Of a DNA stretch of 64,000 bases, positions 38,968 through 47,711 are shown in pieces; position 1 is the stretch's first letter, and every line of letters starts with the position of its first letter. Source of the DNA: a bacterium (GTDB lineage: Bacteria; JAJRZV01). The translations under genes and the position numbers were made by a program. The DNA is taken from assembly GCA_024275095.1 (NCBI GenBank), contig JAJRZV010000047.1, forward strand, positions 159-64,158, in the 5' to 3' direction. Under the pieces are notes generated by a model that saw only the letters and a program-made list of their open reading frames with translations, was not told the DNA's origin and did no database searches.

Positions 38968-40332
38968 ATGAATAGTAAAGTTAAAGTACTCATTGTAGAC
39001 GACGAGCAGGTGGTGAGAGATTCTCTCTCCGAATGGCTCCGAGAGGACGGTTATGAAGTGGGAGCTGTAGAAAGTGGCAAAAAAGCTCTTGAAGAACTGG
39101 GCAAAAGCAACTGGGACATACTTCTGGTAGACCTCAAGATGCCGGAAATGGACGGTCTGGAACTTCTCCAGAAAGTAAAGGAAATTTCTCCTTCCATACC
39201 CGTCATCATTATCACCGCATACGCCACAGTGGACACTGCCGTTAAAGCCATGAAAGAAGGTGCATATGACTATCTTGTAAAACCTTTCGATCCGGAAGAA
39301 ATTTCCCTCCTCATGAAAAGACTCACAGAGCACATTAAACTGACCCGCGAAAATATTTACCTTCGACAGCAGCTGAAGAAACAATACACGCTTCACGACA
39401 TTATCAGCAGAAATCCCAAAATGCAGGAACTGATGGAACTGGTCAAAATGGTGGGACCAACAGATTCAACCGTGCTTCTTCAGGGCGAAAGCGGCACCGG
39501 CAAGGAACTGTTCGCCCGCGCACTCCACAAAGAAAGTCTCAGAGCAGACAAGCCCTTTATCGCGGTCTCCTGCGGTGCGCTCAGTGACAGCCTGTTAGAG
39601 TCGGAACTCTTTGGCTACGAAAAAGGGGCATTTACAGGTGCTACATCTCGCAGAAAAGGGAAATTCGAACTCGCCAATGGAGGAACTATTTTTCTCGATG
39701 AAATAGGAGACATAAGTCCAAAACTCCAGCTTGACCTTTTAAGAGTACTTGAACAGAAAGAGTTCTACCGGATTGGCGGCTCAGAAGTCATCAAAATAGA
39801 TGTCCGGGTCATCGCCGCCACGAACAGAGATCTCGAAAAAATGGTGAGAGAAGGACAATTCAGGGAAGACCTTTTCTACAGGCTCAACGTTGTCCCCATT
39901 CACATCCCTCCTCTCCGGGAGAGAAAAGAAGACATACCCCTTCTGGTTGACCACTTTCTCGAAATTTTCAGGTTGGAAACAGGCAAAAACATAGAGCGTG
40001 TAAGTGAAGATGCCATGAAGGTGCTGCTCGATTACGACTACCCAGGAAATGTTAGAGAGTTGAGAAACATCATAGAAAGAGCCGTTATTGTGGCAAAAGG
40101 TGACGAAATTACTGTTGAAGACCTTCGCTTCGGGCTCAAATCACCGCCTGCACCTTCGACGGAAGCGGAAGATGAAGCGCTTGAATCGGTAGAACGAGCT
40201 CATATATTGAAAGTGCTTAATAAATATGACTGGAACGTAAGTAAGGCCGCATCCGCTTTAGGAATTGACCGCACCACCCTTTACAACAAAATGAAAAAAT
40301 ACGGCCTTACGCGCCGGGGGAACGACGCGTAA
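38968..40332 (+). CDS. Sigma-54-dependent response regulator (NtrC family: REC–AAA+–Fis-type HTH)
   Basis: REC Asp (LLVDLKMPEMDG). AAA+ GESGTGKE Walker A. GAFTGA sigma-54 contact loop. C-terminal HTH. Confidence 0.9.
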   Translation: MNSKVKVLIVDDEQVVRDSLSEWLREDGYEVGAVESGKKALEELGKSNWDILLVDLKMPEMDGLELLQKVKEISPSIPVIIITAYATVDTAVKAMKEGAYDYLVKPFDPEEISLLMKRLTEHIKLTRENIYLRQQLKKQYTLHDIISRNPKMQELMELVKMVGPTDSTVLLQGESGTGKELFARALHKESLRADKPFIAVSCGALSDSLLESELFGYEKGAFTGATSRRKGKFELANGGTIFLDEIGDISPKLQLDLLRVLEQKEFYRIGGSEVIKIDVRVIAATNRDLEKMVREGQFREDLFYRLNVVPIHIPPLRERKEDIPLLVDHFLEIFRLETGKNIERVSEDAMKVLLDYDYPGNVRELRNIIERAVIVAKGDEITVEDLRFGLKSPPAPSTEAEDEALESVERAHILKVLNKYDWNVSKAASALGIDRTTLYNKMKKYGLTRRGNDA

Positions 40333-40357
40333 GGCCTGCTTCTACTGCGGGTGCAGG

Positions 40358-41062
40358 TCAGGAGGTAAGGAAGAACCTCCTTGTGATCTCGTCCCAACGA
40401 TCCGGATCAAGGGCACGTGCCAATCCCTTTACAGGTAAACCGCCGTCCTGATACACAAGACCAAGATCCTGTCCCGTAAGCCTGCGAAGTTCATCTGTAG
40501 AATGTTCTATCCACTTTTTCACCACATGGCCTTTTAATAAATTCCTGAGTGCAGAAGGTCTTGAGAGCTTCACCTTTAGAAGCCAACCCTTTTCGTAAGG
40601 GTCCTGTTCCATGGTCTCGGGGGAAGTGAGCACGTCATTGTTAACACCTACAACCTCACCGTCCACAGGAGAAAGCATATCTATCTTTTTTGAATCTACA
40701 ACAAGAGCCCATCCTTTCTCTCCCTGTTCAAGCCTTGTACCTTCACGTGGTAAATCCAGTGAATTGACTTTACCAACGAGCTTTTGAGCAAAATCGTCAA
40801 GACCCACCTGAACCACGTCTCCCGAGAGTACTTTGACCCAGGTATGTCCGGGATGGAAATAATAGGGCGCTTCTGGAGGTGGGACGCGGAACCACTCCAC
40901 AATGTCATAAAGCCAACCGTGGGAGACCTCTGCTTCAGCCTCTACAGCGGGAGTGGTCAGGTAAGACCAAAAGGCAACCAGCAAAAGGAGGAAACCTATT
41001 ACCAGAAGATATTCAACGCCTTTTGTTGCGTATATGTCTATCATGGCCAGCGTCTCCATCAT
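40358..41062 (-). CDS. Membrane-anchored glycine-cleavage H-protein-like (lipoyl-carrier-fold) protein, paralog 1
   Basis: One N-terminal TM helix. H-protein core …YFHPGHTWVKVLSGDVVQVGLDDFAQKLVGKVNSLDLPREGT…VVDSKKIDMLSPVDGEVVGVN… aligns with E. coli GcvH, with a Lys at the lipoyl-attachment position. Start overlaps the NrfD stop (ATGA). Confidence 0.68.
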   Translation of the reverse strand: MMETLAMIDIYATKGVEYLLVIGFLLLLVAFWSYLTTPAVEAEAEVSHGWLYDIVEWFRVPPPEAPYYFHPGHTWVKVLSGDVVQVGLDDFAQKLVGKVNSLDLPREGTRLEQGEKGWALVVDSKKIDMLSPVDGEVVGVNNDVLTSPETMEQDPYEKGWLLKVKLSRPSALRNLLKGHVVKKWIEHSTDELRRLTGQDLGLVYQDGGLPVKGLARALDPDRWDEITRRFFLTS

Positions 41063-42303
41063 GCCACCTCCTTTTTCATCTGGACTACATTATCCTCTTC
41101 CTCCCAGCCCTTGTGTTCGGTCAACACAGGCATTCTGTTCACCACCCACCTGAAAGCCCACATTTCTGCACAAATAACTGCCAGTGTAATCACTATTTCC
41201 ATCCAGGAAGGCACGTACCTGTTGGCAGCGTCCCATTTAAAAGCGATGATAGAAACGTTCAATCTGTTGAGAAGCACACCAACAACCGTAAAGAAGGCAA
41301 CAGTTTGAATCAACTTCACATTGCGAGTTCTTACACCGTAAGTGAAAAGCAGACACGGTATTACAACAAAGCCTATGAGTTCCACCAGATACCAGTGCCC
41401 CATCGAGGTGTTCAGCAGGTGCCAGTGATTACCGTGAGCAATACTTATGATTTTTAATGTGAAGTAGAGAAACAGTGTACCTGCAGCAGCTTTTCCGAGT
41501 CCCACTACAATATCATCAAAGGAGGCATGGTGCTCCGGGTCCACCTGAAACACTTTATGCGAGATGGAACTTTCCACAATGACCATGGAAAGTCCTCCAA
41601 AAATGCTGGACACAAAGAAAAGAACCGGAAGATTGGTATACCAGAGAGGATGAACTTTTGTGGGAGCCATGAGGAATAAAGCCCCAAGAGCCGACTGGTG
41701 CAACGTGGACAACGTGATCCCAAAAATCACCGCTCCCACCGTAAGTCCTCCAACGATCTGTCGAATTCTTTTCCACCCGAGCCATTCGGTAATAGCAGGA
41801 CTGAATTCCACAAATTCACAAATGGTGTAGAGAAAAAAATGCCACGCGATGAGAAATAACACCGAACTGAGTCCAAAGGAGTTACCAATCAGAGGATTAA
41901 TGACGTGCCATGGGCGGCCAAGATCCAGTAAAAGGGCACCACCATAAAAGCAATACCCCAGAAACCCTGTAAGAACCGCCGGTCTTACGATTGGATGGTA
42001 TTTTTCAAGTCCCAGTATATACACCATAAAAGGAATTACATATCCACCAGCAGCAATAGCCACACCCCCCATTACGTCGAACCCGATCCATATCCCCCAT
42101 GGAAAATCCTGTGACAGGTTGGTGGTAGCGCCCAGGCCTTTTACAAATCGAATCACAATAAGTACGCCACCAGCGAGGATAATTGCTCCGGTGATGACAT
42201 TAAAAGGAGTGAGTATCTTCCCCTTTGGTTTCAACTCGCTAATGATGAACCTGACAAAGTTTCCGACTTCGGACATGAGATTTTTCCTTTCGGCAGTGTT
42301 CAT
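41059..42303 (-). CDS. NrfD/PsrC-family quinone-interacting integral membrane subunit
   Basis: 414 aa, ~10 TM. NrfD-like topology and size. Sits immediately downstream of the FeS subunit. Confidence 0.82.
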   Translation of the reverse strand: MNTAERKNLMSEVGNFVRFIISELKPKGKILTPFNVITGAIILAGGVLIVIRFVKGLGATTNLSQDFPWGIWIGFDVMGGVAIAAGGYVIPFMVYILGLEKYHPIVRPAVLTGFLGYCFYGGALLLDLGRPWHVINPLIGNSFGLSSVLFLIAWHFFLYTICEFVEFSPAITEWLGWKRIRQIVGGLTVGAVIFGITLSTLHQSALGALFLMAPTKVHPLWYTNLPVLFFVSSIFGGLSMVIVESSISHKVFQVDPEHHASFDDIVVGLGKAAAGTLFLYFTLKIISIAHGNHWHLLNTSMGHWYLVELIGFVVIPCLLFTYGVRTRNVKLIQTVAFFTVVGVLLNRLNVSIIAFKWDAANRYVPSWMEIVITLAVICAEMWAFRWVVNRMPVLTEHKGWEEEDNVVQMKKEVA

Positions 42304-42316
42304 TTTGTCCCCTCCT

Positions 42317-43195
42317 TCATTTAGCTTTTTTCACTTCTTCTTTTTTCACCTCTTCCCTGCGAGCATGGCTGATGCCCAGCAGAAAAGCAGGCCATATAAG
42401 AAGGACAAGAGAAACCCCGTAAAGGAATTCCTTTGTCAGTTCAGGATATGGTCTTGTGCCTACATTCGTGGGGAATCCAAGCTGTTCGAAGGGGACAGCA
42501 GCAAGGTACAACCATCCGGTGCCACCAACTTCGTGTTCGCCATAAACATGATGGACGTATTTATCAGGATTGTTATAAATACGCCTCTTTGCTTCTTCAA
42601 GAAGTTCACCCCTTTTACCAAAGACGATCGCTTCCTCAGGACATGCCTCCACGCACGCCGGCTGTTCTCCTTTCTCCAGCCTTTCGTAACACATGATGCA
42701 TTTGCGGATGCGGGGGTTAGGGCTGTCGTATTCAAACTTCGGAATATCGAAAGGACACGAAATCATACAATAACGACAGCCCATGCATTTATTCCCCCGC
42801 CAGATCACAGGACCTTCTGGTGTTTTATACATGGCCTTAACCAGACACGCCGATGCACAGGCAGGTTGATTACAGTGCATGCACTGTTTCTTCGCGTATA
42901 CCGTGCCCTTTTCTGTTTCATACCGATTTACCACGGTCCAGTGGTTCGGGTCAGTTTTACGATGCCTCTCGAACACAGATTCATCATCAATATCAGGCAC
43001 CGGAAGACCGTGAGCTTCTGCACACGCCTCTTCACAACTTCGACAACCAATGCACCGTGTGGTATCCACCAGTACAGAAGCCATTTCATTGAACACATCC
43101 TGGGCTGACTTCAAAGTACCGGCAGATGCAAGACCCCCGGTAAGGAGGGCTCCACCTGAAATCGCCGCAGTTTTGAGGAAGTCTCTTCGTCTCAT
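42317..43195 (-). CDS. Tat-exported 4x[4Fe-4S] ferredoxin subunit (NrfC/PsrB/HybA/DsrO-like)
   Basis: Twin-arginine signal MRRRDFLKTAAISGGALL. Four Cys clusters (CIGCRSCEEAC, CMHCNQPACASAC, CMGCRYCMISCP, CIMC…CVEACP). C-terminal hydrophobic helix. Confidence 0.85.
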   Translation of the reverse strand: MRRRDFLKTAAISGGALLTGGLASAGTLKSAQDVFNEMASVLVDTTRCIGCRSCEEACAEAHGLPVPDIDDESVFERHRKTDPNHWTVVNRYETEKGTVYAKKQCMHCNQPACASACLVKAMYKTPEGPVIWRGNKCMGCRYCMISCPFDIPKFEYDSPNPRIRKCIMCYERLEKGEQPACVEACPEEAIVFGKRGELLEEAKRRIYNNPDKYVHHVYGEHEVGGTGWLYLAAVPFEQLGFPTNVGTRPYPELTKEFLYGVSLVLLIWPAFLLGISHARREEVKKEEVKKAK

Positions 43196-43212
43196 TTCCG
43201 TTTACCTCCTTA

Positions 43213-43845
43213 TCAGGCTTTCTCTAAAAACTCTTTCACAATTGCCTGCCAGTGCTCTTTGTCTATTTTCTCGGAAAGTCCTTTAGGCACCTCTCCTCCA
43301 TCTGCTACAGTCACTCCAACTTCGGCGCTGAGGAAGTGATGGAGTCGATCTGATTCTCTCAACAGCCACTCTTTCGCCTTTTCACCGGAATAGAGGTCTT
43401 TCAAACCTCTCTTTTGTACCTTCATTTTGAGTATCCACCCTTCGCCGTAAGGGTCTTCTGAAACCACTTCCGGACGATGCAAGACAGTGGAGTTCACCTC
43501 CACTACCGTTCCATCAATGGGCCCAGGAACATTTACTTCTCCAGCATGGGCAGCGATCCTTATTGACGGCTTCCCTCTTCTCACCTCTCTTTTGGGCGGA
43601 ATTATCTCGCGAATGCGTCCAATAAGACGGACAGCAAAATCATCCAGACCGACCCTTGCAACCTCCTTCTCTTCAGGCTGAATCCACGTATGTACTGGTG
43701 AATAGAACCGGTCACCCGCAAAAACGAAACCGTGAACCTTCTCTATCCCCTCTGTTTTCACCCGCTGGCTCAACATCTGAGCCACCGCTATGGCACCCAT
43801 AACCACGAAAATCAAAAAAATCGCCACGTAACCCATAACGTTCAC
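43213..43845 (-). CDS. Membrane-anchored glycine-cleavage H-protein-like protein, paralog 2 (lipoyl-Lys position not conserved)
   Basis: N-terminal TM helix, then …SPVHTWIQPEEKEVARVGLDDFAVRLIGRI…PIDGTVVEVN… An Ala/His sits at the position aligning to the GcvH lipoyl-Lys. Confidence 0.66.
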   Translation of the reverse strand: MNVMGYVAIFLIFVVMGAIAVAQMLSQRVKTEGIEKVHGFVFAGDRFYSPVHTWIQPEEKEVARVGLDDFAVRLIGRIREIIPPKREVRRGKPSIRIAAHAGEVNVPGPIDGTVVEVNSTVLHRPEVVSEDPYGEGWILKMKVQKRGLKDLYSGEKAKEWLLRESDRLHHFLSAEVGVTVADGGEVPKGLSEKIDKEHWQAIVKEFLEKA

Positions 43846-44600
43846 CTCCTTTTCCTTTTTTTAAAAAAGCTTCTTGCCACCATCCCCCATTCCACCTGGT
43901 CGAGCTGCTTGTGCAAGCCAGGCATAATCTCTCCCCCGTCAGCAACAACCACGCCCAGTCTTTCCTCGAGAATTCTGTGCAGCTTATCAACTTCCTTTTC
44001 TATCCAATTTTTCACGCTCTCTCCGTGCAAGAGATTTTCGAGTGCATTTTGATCTTCAGGTTCTATCTCGCAGATCCAGCCCTCGAGATAGGGATCTCTC
44101 GTGAGGAGGCCGGGGTCTGCCTTTAAAGACTCATTTATTCCCACGACTGTACCGCTTACCGGGGAAAGCAGGCGTACTGATTTATCCCCGCACTTCACTT
44201 CACAAAGCACCTCCCCCTCTTTAACGAGACTTCCAGGCTCCGGGAGTTGAAGAGAAGAGACTCCATCCAGCAATCTGCTCCCAAAATGATCAAGTCCCAC
44301 TGACACGCGATTACGACCAGGCTTTACCCACAGGTGAGCAGGGTGATAGTAGAGATTCTTCATGAAGTAATAACCTCTTACCTTCTCGAGAAATGGCCTT
44401 ATGAGAGACTCCCTGTAAAACGGACACAAATGATACTCACCGGACGTGCACAGCGAAGGCTCCTTTTCAATGGACTCCAGGGGAATGGGTTTGCGCGTGG
44501 GAGCTTCACGACAGAATCCCACTGTTACAATCTCCAGGTGAGGACACTTGCCTCTTGTTTTCCTTTTTCGAGACTTTTTGAGGGTTACCTTTTTTCTCAT
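43842..44600 (-). CDS. Glycine-cleavage H-protein-like protein, paralog 3, with basic/Cys-rich N-terminal region
   Basis: …HPAHLWVKPGRNRVSVGLDHFGSRLL…EVKCGDKSVRLLSPVSGTVVGIN… The N-terminus is MRKKVTLKKSRKRKTRGKCPHLE…C…C…C. I prefer the ATG at 44600 (AGGAGG 8 nt upstream, downstream of the sigma-54 promoter) over the ORF-track start at 44669. Confidence 0.62.
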   Translation of the reverse strand: MRKKVTLKKSRKRKTRGKCPHLEIVTVGFCREAPTRKPIPLESIEKEPSLCTSGEYHLCPFYRESLIRPFLEKVRGYYFMKNLYYHPAHLWVKPGRNRVSVGLDHFGSRLLDGVSSLQLPEPGSLVKEGEVLCEVKCGDKSVRLLSPVSGTVVGINESLKADPGLLTRDPYLEGWICEIEPEDQNALENLLHGESVKNWIEKEVDKLHRILEERLGVVVADGGEIMPGLHKQLDQVEWGMVARSFFKKRKRR

Positions 44601-44627
44601 TTTATCGCCTCCTGGACATGCCAATGT

Positions 44628-44643
44628 AGCAAATGCCATGCCA
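44628..44643 (-). promoter_or_regulatory. Sigma-54 (-24/-12) promoter TGGCAT-N5-TTGCT for the H-like/FeS/NrfD operon
   Basis: The minus strand reads 5'-TGGCATggcatTTGCTa-3' (consensus TGGCAC-N5-TTGCW). AGGAGG and ATG follow ~25 nt downstream. An NtrC-type activator gene lies adjacent. Confidence 0.6.
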
Positions 44644-44840
44644 CCATGGGCAATGGTCTCCAAAAGCACTACAGTAAAGGATTCTGAGAGACTCGCTATT
44701 TCTTCAGCGACCCTCAGAGTGTAGAAAAATTCATCTGTCGTGTTGCATTCTTCGACACACTTCTAAGACACACTGCGTCAACAATTCCGGTTTGCGTCAA
44801 AATGATAAAATGGGAACAAAAATTTAGTTTTTAGAGATAG

Positions 44841-45128
44841 GGTACGGATAAAAAGCAAGTCCATTGTGAATATTTGATAAACCCGAACTCGGGCATCCCT
44901 CACGAACTCACAAAACCCAGATGCCCACAACAAAATGCTTTCGTCGAATCTTTCTTCAGCTCCTTTGAAAAAGAAGTACAGCAAAAAATGACTTTTGAAA
45001 ACTTTGAACACCTTAAAAAAAGCCCGCTCGGCTTTTATCGAATTCTATAATCGTGTCCAAAATATGAAAATATGGGGGTTACACCACCAGGGGCTATGGA
45101 CTGGTTCAATGAAATTTGAAACTCCATA
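44841..45128 (+). mobile_element. Decayed IS3-family transposase remnant (C-terminal rve-domain fragment, frameshifted)
   Basis: Frame 1 translates to …GIPHELTKPRCPQQNAFVESFFSSFEKE… (cf. IS3 OrfB GI..[24 protein letters not shown]). After an A7 homopolymer (45016-45022) the +1 frame gives …ARSAFIEFYNRVQ… (cf. …YI.FYNxxRxH). No intact ORF or inverted repeats were found. Confidence 0.6.
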
Positions 45129-45537
45129 GTGTTCAAAGTCACTGGCTTCGCCTCTGTATGGACTGCGGTGGGGAAAACGTCCCTGTTGATACTCAACGGA
45201 AGAATAAAAAAAGAATAAAAAACCCGGGATTTTCAAAATTCCCAACAGATTGCTCATCATGTCTGCGCTCAGCCTCGTCTGCGTGATAATTGAAATATAT
45301 CTCAACAGGGCTGGACTTCTGGTGTGGGAATATTCCTGGAGGAACGCCCGCTTTCCATTTCTCATTTTTCTGATAGGATGCATGCCGTTTTTTCTCATGT
45401 GTTTCTACGTTTATATAACCTCGATGACCTGAGAAAGCAGAGAAAGGCTCTGAACATAACCTTCGGCACCGACATTTCCCTCTTCATTAGTGCCTGGCTT
45501 ACTTAACTCTCAACACCTTTAAATCGGCACACACATG

Positions 45538-46950
45538 TTAAAACGTGAACTCTGCGAGAACATAAACCATATCAAATTTTTTGAACAGTCCAAATTTTGT
45601 GCTGGGTTTGCCGTCAACTATCATGGAACCTGCCTTGATGGAAAGACTGTCCACTGGATAATATTCAAGTTCAGGAAAAATTGCATAAGAATTGGAATCA
45701 AGAAAATCACTGTAATCAGATACATTGAGGAGAAAACTTAGCCCTACCTTCAGAACTTCGGATATTACCTGATATTCACCTCTCATAAGGTAATAATCCT
45801 CTATTTCGCTTTCAAATCCCGGACGTCCCAGACCAGAATTTTCTGCTCTTTGAGTAAAGTCCATTTCATCAAAAAATCCGTGTATGTACTGAAAGTTGGT
45901 GTAGATTCCGTTTCCCACGCTGAAGGTGTAATCAAGACCTGCTACGAATTTCACGTATGCTTTTTCAAAAGCACTGCAGGTCTCACTCGTGAGCAAGTTT
46001 TTAAATTTCCAGTCTTCGGGTATGAAAATGCCCAGTTCTCCCCACCACCCGATGCTGAAGAGTTCTCCTGAAAATTCCAGACCCACCACCTGCAGAGATG
46101 GATAACCATATGTTACGGAAACCGCCACAGGAAAGGTTTGAATATTGCCTGAAATTTCCGATATAACGGGCATGTCAAAAAAACCCCTAAAGTATGAAAG
46201 AGCATAATCAATGTTAAATACTGTTCCAAAAAGACGGATCCCCCAGGGATTGTTGTCAGGCCTCCACGCAGGCATTTCTAAGTTCTGAACCACATTGATA
46301 GAAGACCCTTCAAACAATGGGAATTCTTCGACAAGTTCTCTTCTCATCACCTCTCCTGCCATTTCCCAGAATCCCAGGGGAAAGGACGCAGGTTTAAAGG
46401 AAAAAGTATAATTAACCTCCAGATTCACATAATCTGAAAAGTAATAGGTGAGGGATAAAACGGGGGTAGGGATGCTCTCCCCAAAATAATCAGGGTCAAA
46501 CGTCACAAAATTCGCCCAGTCTGAAGGATTGATGTTATCAAGGACGTGAATTTTATCTGCCTTGCCCCATTTGAGTCTCTGCTTACCAAGTTTTAAATCA
46601 AGGTTCTCAAGTCCGAAGCCCTCCACCTTGAAATAAGCCTCATAGAGAACAAGATCAAAAGAATTTATCTTTCCCCACCCTATGCCCTCTGTATCTGAGA
46701 GTTTCTCTACAGAAGGAACGTCCATGTATATAAAGTCAGCTCGGATAAAGTAATCTATATTTTCTCCAACCGTGCCTTCCACGTGGATTCTCGCATCTCC
46801 TTTGTTCAGGTAAAACTTCCCTGCTCTGTGAGGATAAAAGAACTCCTGAGAATCGGTTGTGAAAATTGTCGTGTAATACCTGAGCTTCCCTCCCACGGAA
46901 GCGTTGAGAGAAAGGGGAAGTATTAACGCAAAGAGAATGCCATTCATCAC
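45538..46950 (-). CDS. Putative outer-membrane beta-barrel protein (partner of MMPL/LolA-like operon)
   Basis: 470 aa with an N-terminal signal-like segment. Alternating beta-strand pattern and C-terminal …LAEFTF (terminal aromatic). Start overlaps the upstream stop. Confidence 0.5.
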   Translation of the reverse strand: MMNGILFALILPLSLNASVGGKLRYYTTIFTTDSQEFFYPHRAGKFYLNKGDARIHVEGTVGENIDYFIRADFIYMDVPSVEKLSDTEGIGWGKINSFDLVLYEAYFKVEGFGLENLDLKLGKQRLKWGKADKIHVLDNINPSDWANFVTFDPDYFGESIPTPVLSLTYYFSDYVNLEVNYTFSFKPASFPLGFWEMAGEVMRRELVEEFPLFEGSSINVVQNLEMPAWRPDNNPWGIRLFGTVFNIDYALSYFRGFFDMPVISEISGNIQTFPVAVSVTYGYPSLQVVGLEFSGELFSIGWWGELGIFIPEDWKFKNLLTSETCSAFEKAYVKFVAGLDYTFSVGNGIYTNFQYIHGFFDEMDFTQRAENSGLGRPGFESEIEDYYLMRGEYQVISEVLKVGLSFLLNVSDYSDFLDSNSYAIFPELEYYPVDSLSIKAGSMIVDGKPSTKFGLFKKFDMVYVLAEFTF

Positions 46951-47711
46951 CTTACCCTCCTTTTTAGATTTCTCTGCGTGAAGAGTTTGTCCGGAAGTCC
47001 CGTGTCAAATTCAATGTTTTCCATCTTCAGGAGGGTCCTGTGCTCCTTTTTCACATCCTCCACCTCCATTTCAACCATTGCCCAGTATTTTCCAATTTTT
47101 CTATGCTTCGCCCTGAACACCTTCCAGAGATTTCCTCCTTCGTCATATTTTTTTATCTCCACAGGAAACCAGGATCTTTTATCTATCTTTAGGTCCATTG
47201 TGGGATAAGGTTTATCTGACCCCTTTTTCCTCTCCGCTTTCAAATAATAGAAATTTTCATCCTCTTTCACAATTTCAGCAGTGTAATGCTTTTCGTAATG
47301 AGATGTAGACATGTCATCATAAGACAGATCTGACCCCATGAAGCTTTCATTTTTCGTGTGCGATGCTATTCTCCTAACTTTTTTGAACGCTGGCATGTAG
47401 AGGTACATCCTGTCATCAGCCAGAACCAAAAAACCTACTCCCCTCACGTCAGGAGGTGAGATAAATTTTATCAGTCTCCAGTCATCCTTGCCGGGAATGG
47501 TTTTCTGCCATACCTTCATCTTTCTTACCTTTTTATTGCCTCGTTTATCCACTAAGGTCATCACCATTGTCATCTCCTGGTCCCGTGGTGCGGAGAAAGT
47601 TTCATCCACTTTTGTGAGTATTTCATCCCCTGTAATTGCCAAAGAACTCAGAGGAATTAACAATCCCGAAAACACTCCTGCAACCACCAAGTATTTGAAG
47701 CAGGTCTTCAT
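46947..47711 (-). CDS. Outer-membrane lipoprotein-sorting (LolA-like) family protein
   Basis: 254 aa with a signal peptide. It resembles the LolA-like proteins that accompany MMPL/RND exporters. Start overlaps the MMPL stop. Confidence 0.55.
   Translation of the reverse strand: MKTCFKYLVVAGVFSGLLIPLSSLAITGDEILTKVDETFSAPRDQEMTMVMTLVDKRGNKKVRKMKVWQKTIPGKDDWRLIKFISPPDVRGVGFLVLADDRMYLYMPAFKKVRRIASHTKNESFMGSDLSYDDMSTSHYEKHYTAEIVKEDENFYYLKAERKKGSDKPYPTMDLKIDKRSWFPVEIKKYDEGGNLWKVFRAKHRKIGKYWAMVEMEVEDVKKEHRTLLKMENIEFDTGLPDKLFTQRNLKRRVR

Noticed and set aside
44601-44669. ORF-track start at 44669 for H-like paralog 3
   Set aside because: This start would place the sigma-54 -24/-12 elements inside the coding sequence. 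The ATG at 44600 has a consensus AGGAGG and sits downstream of the promoter.
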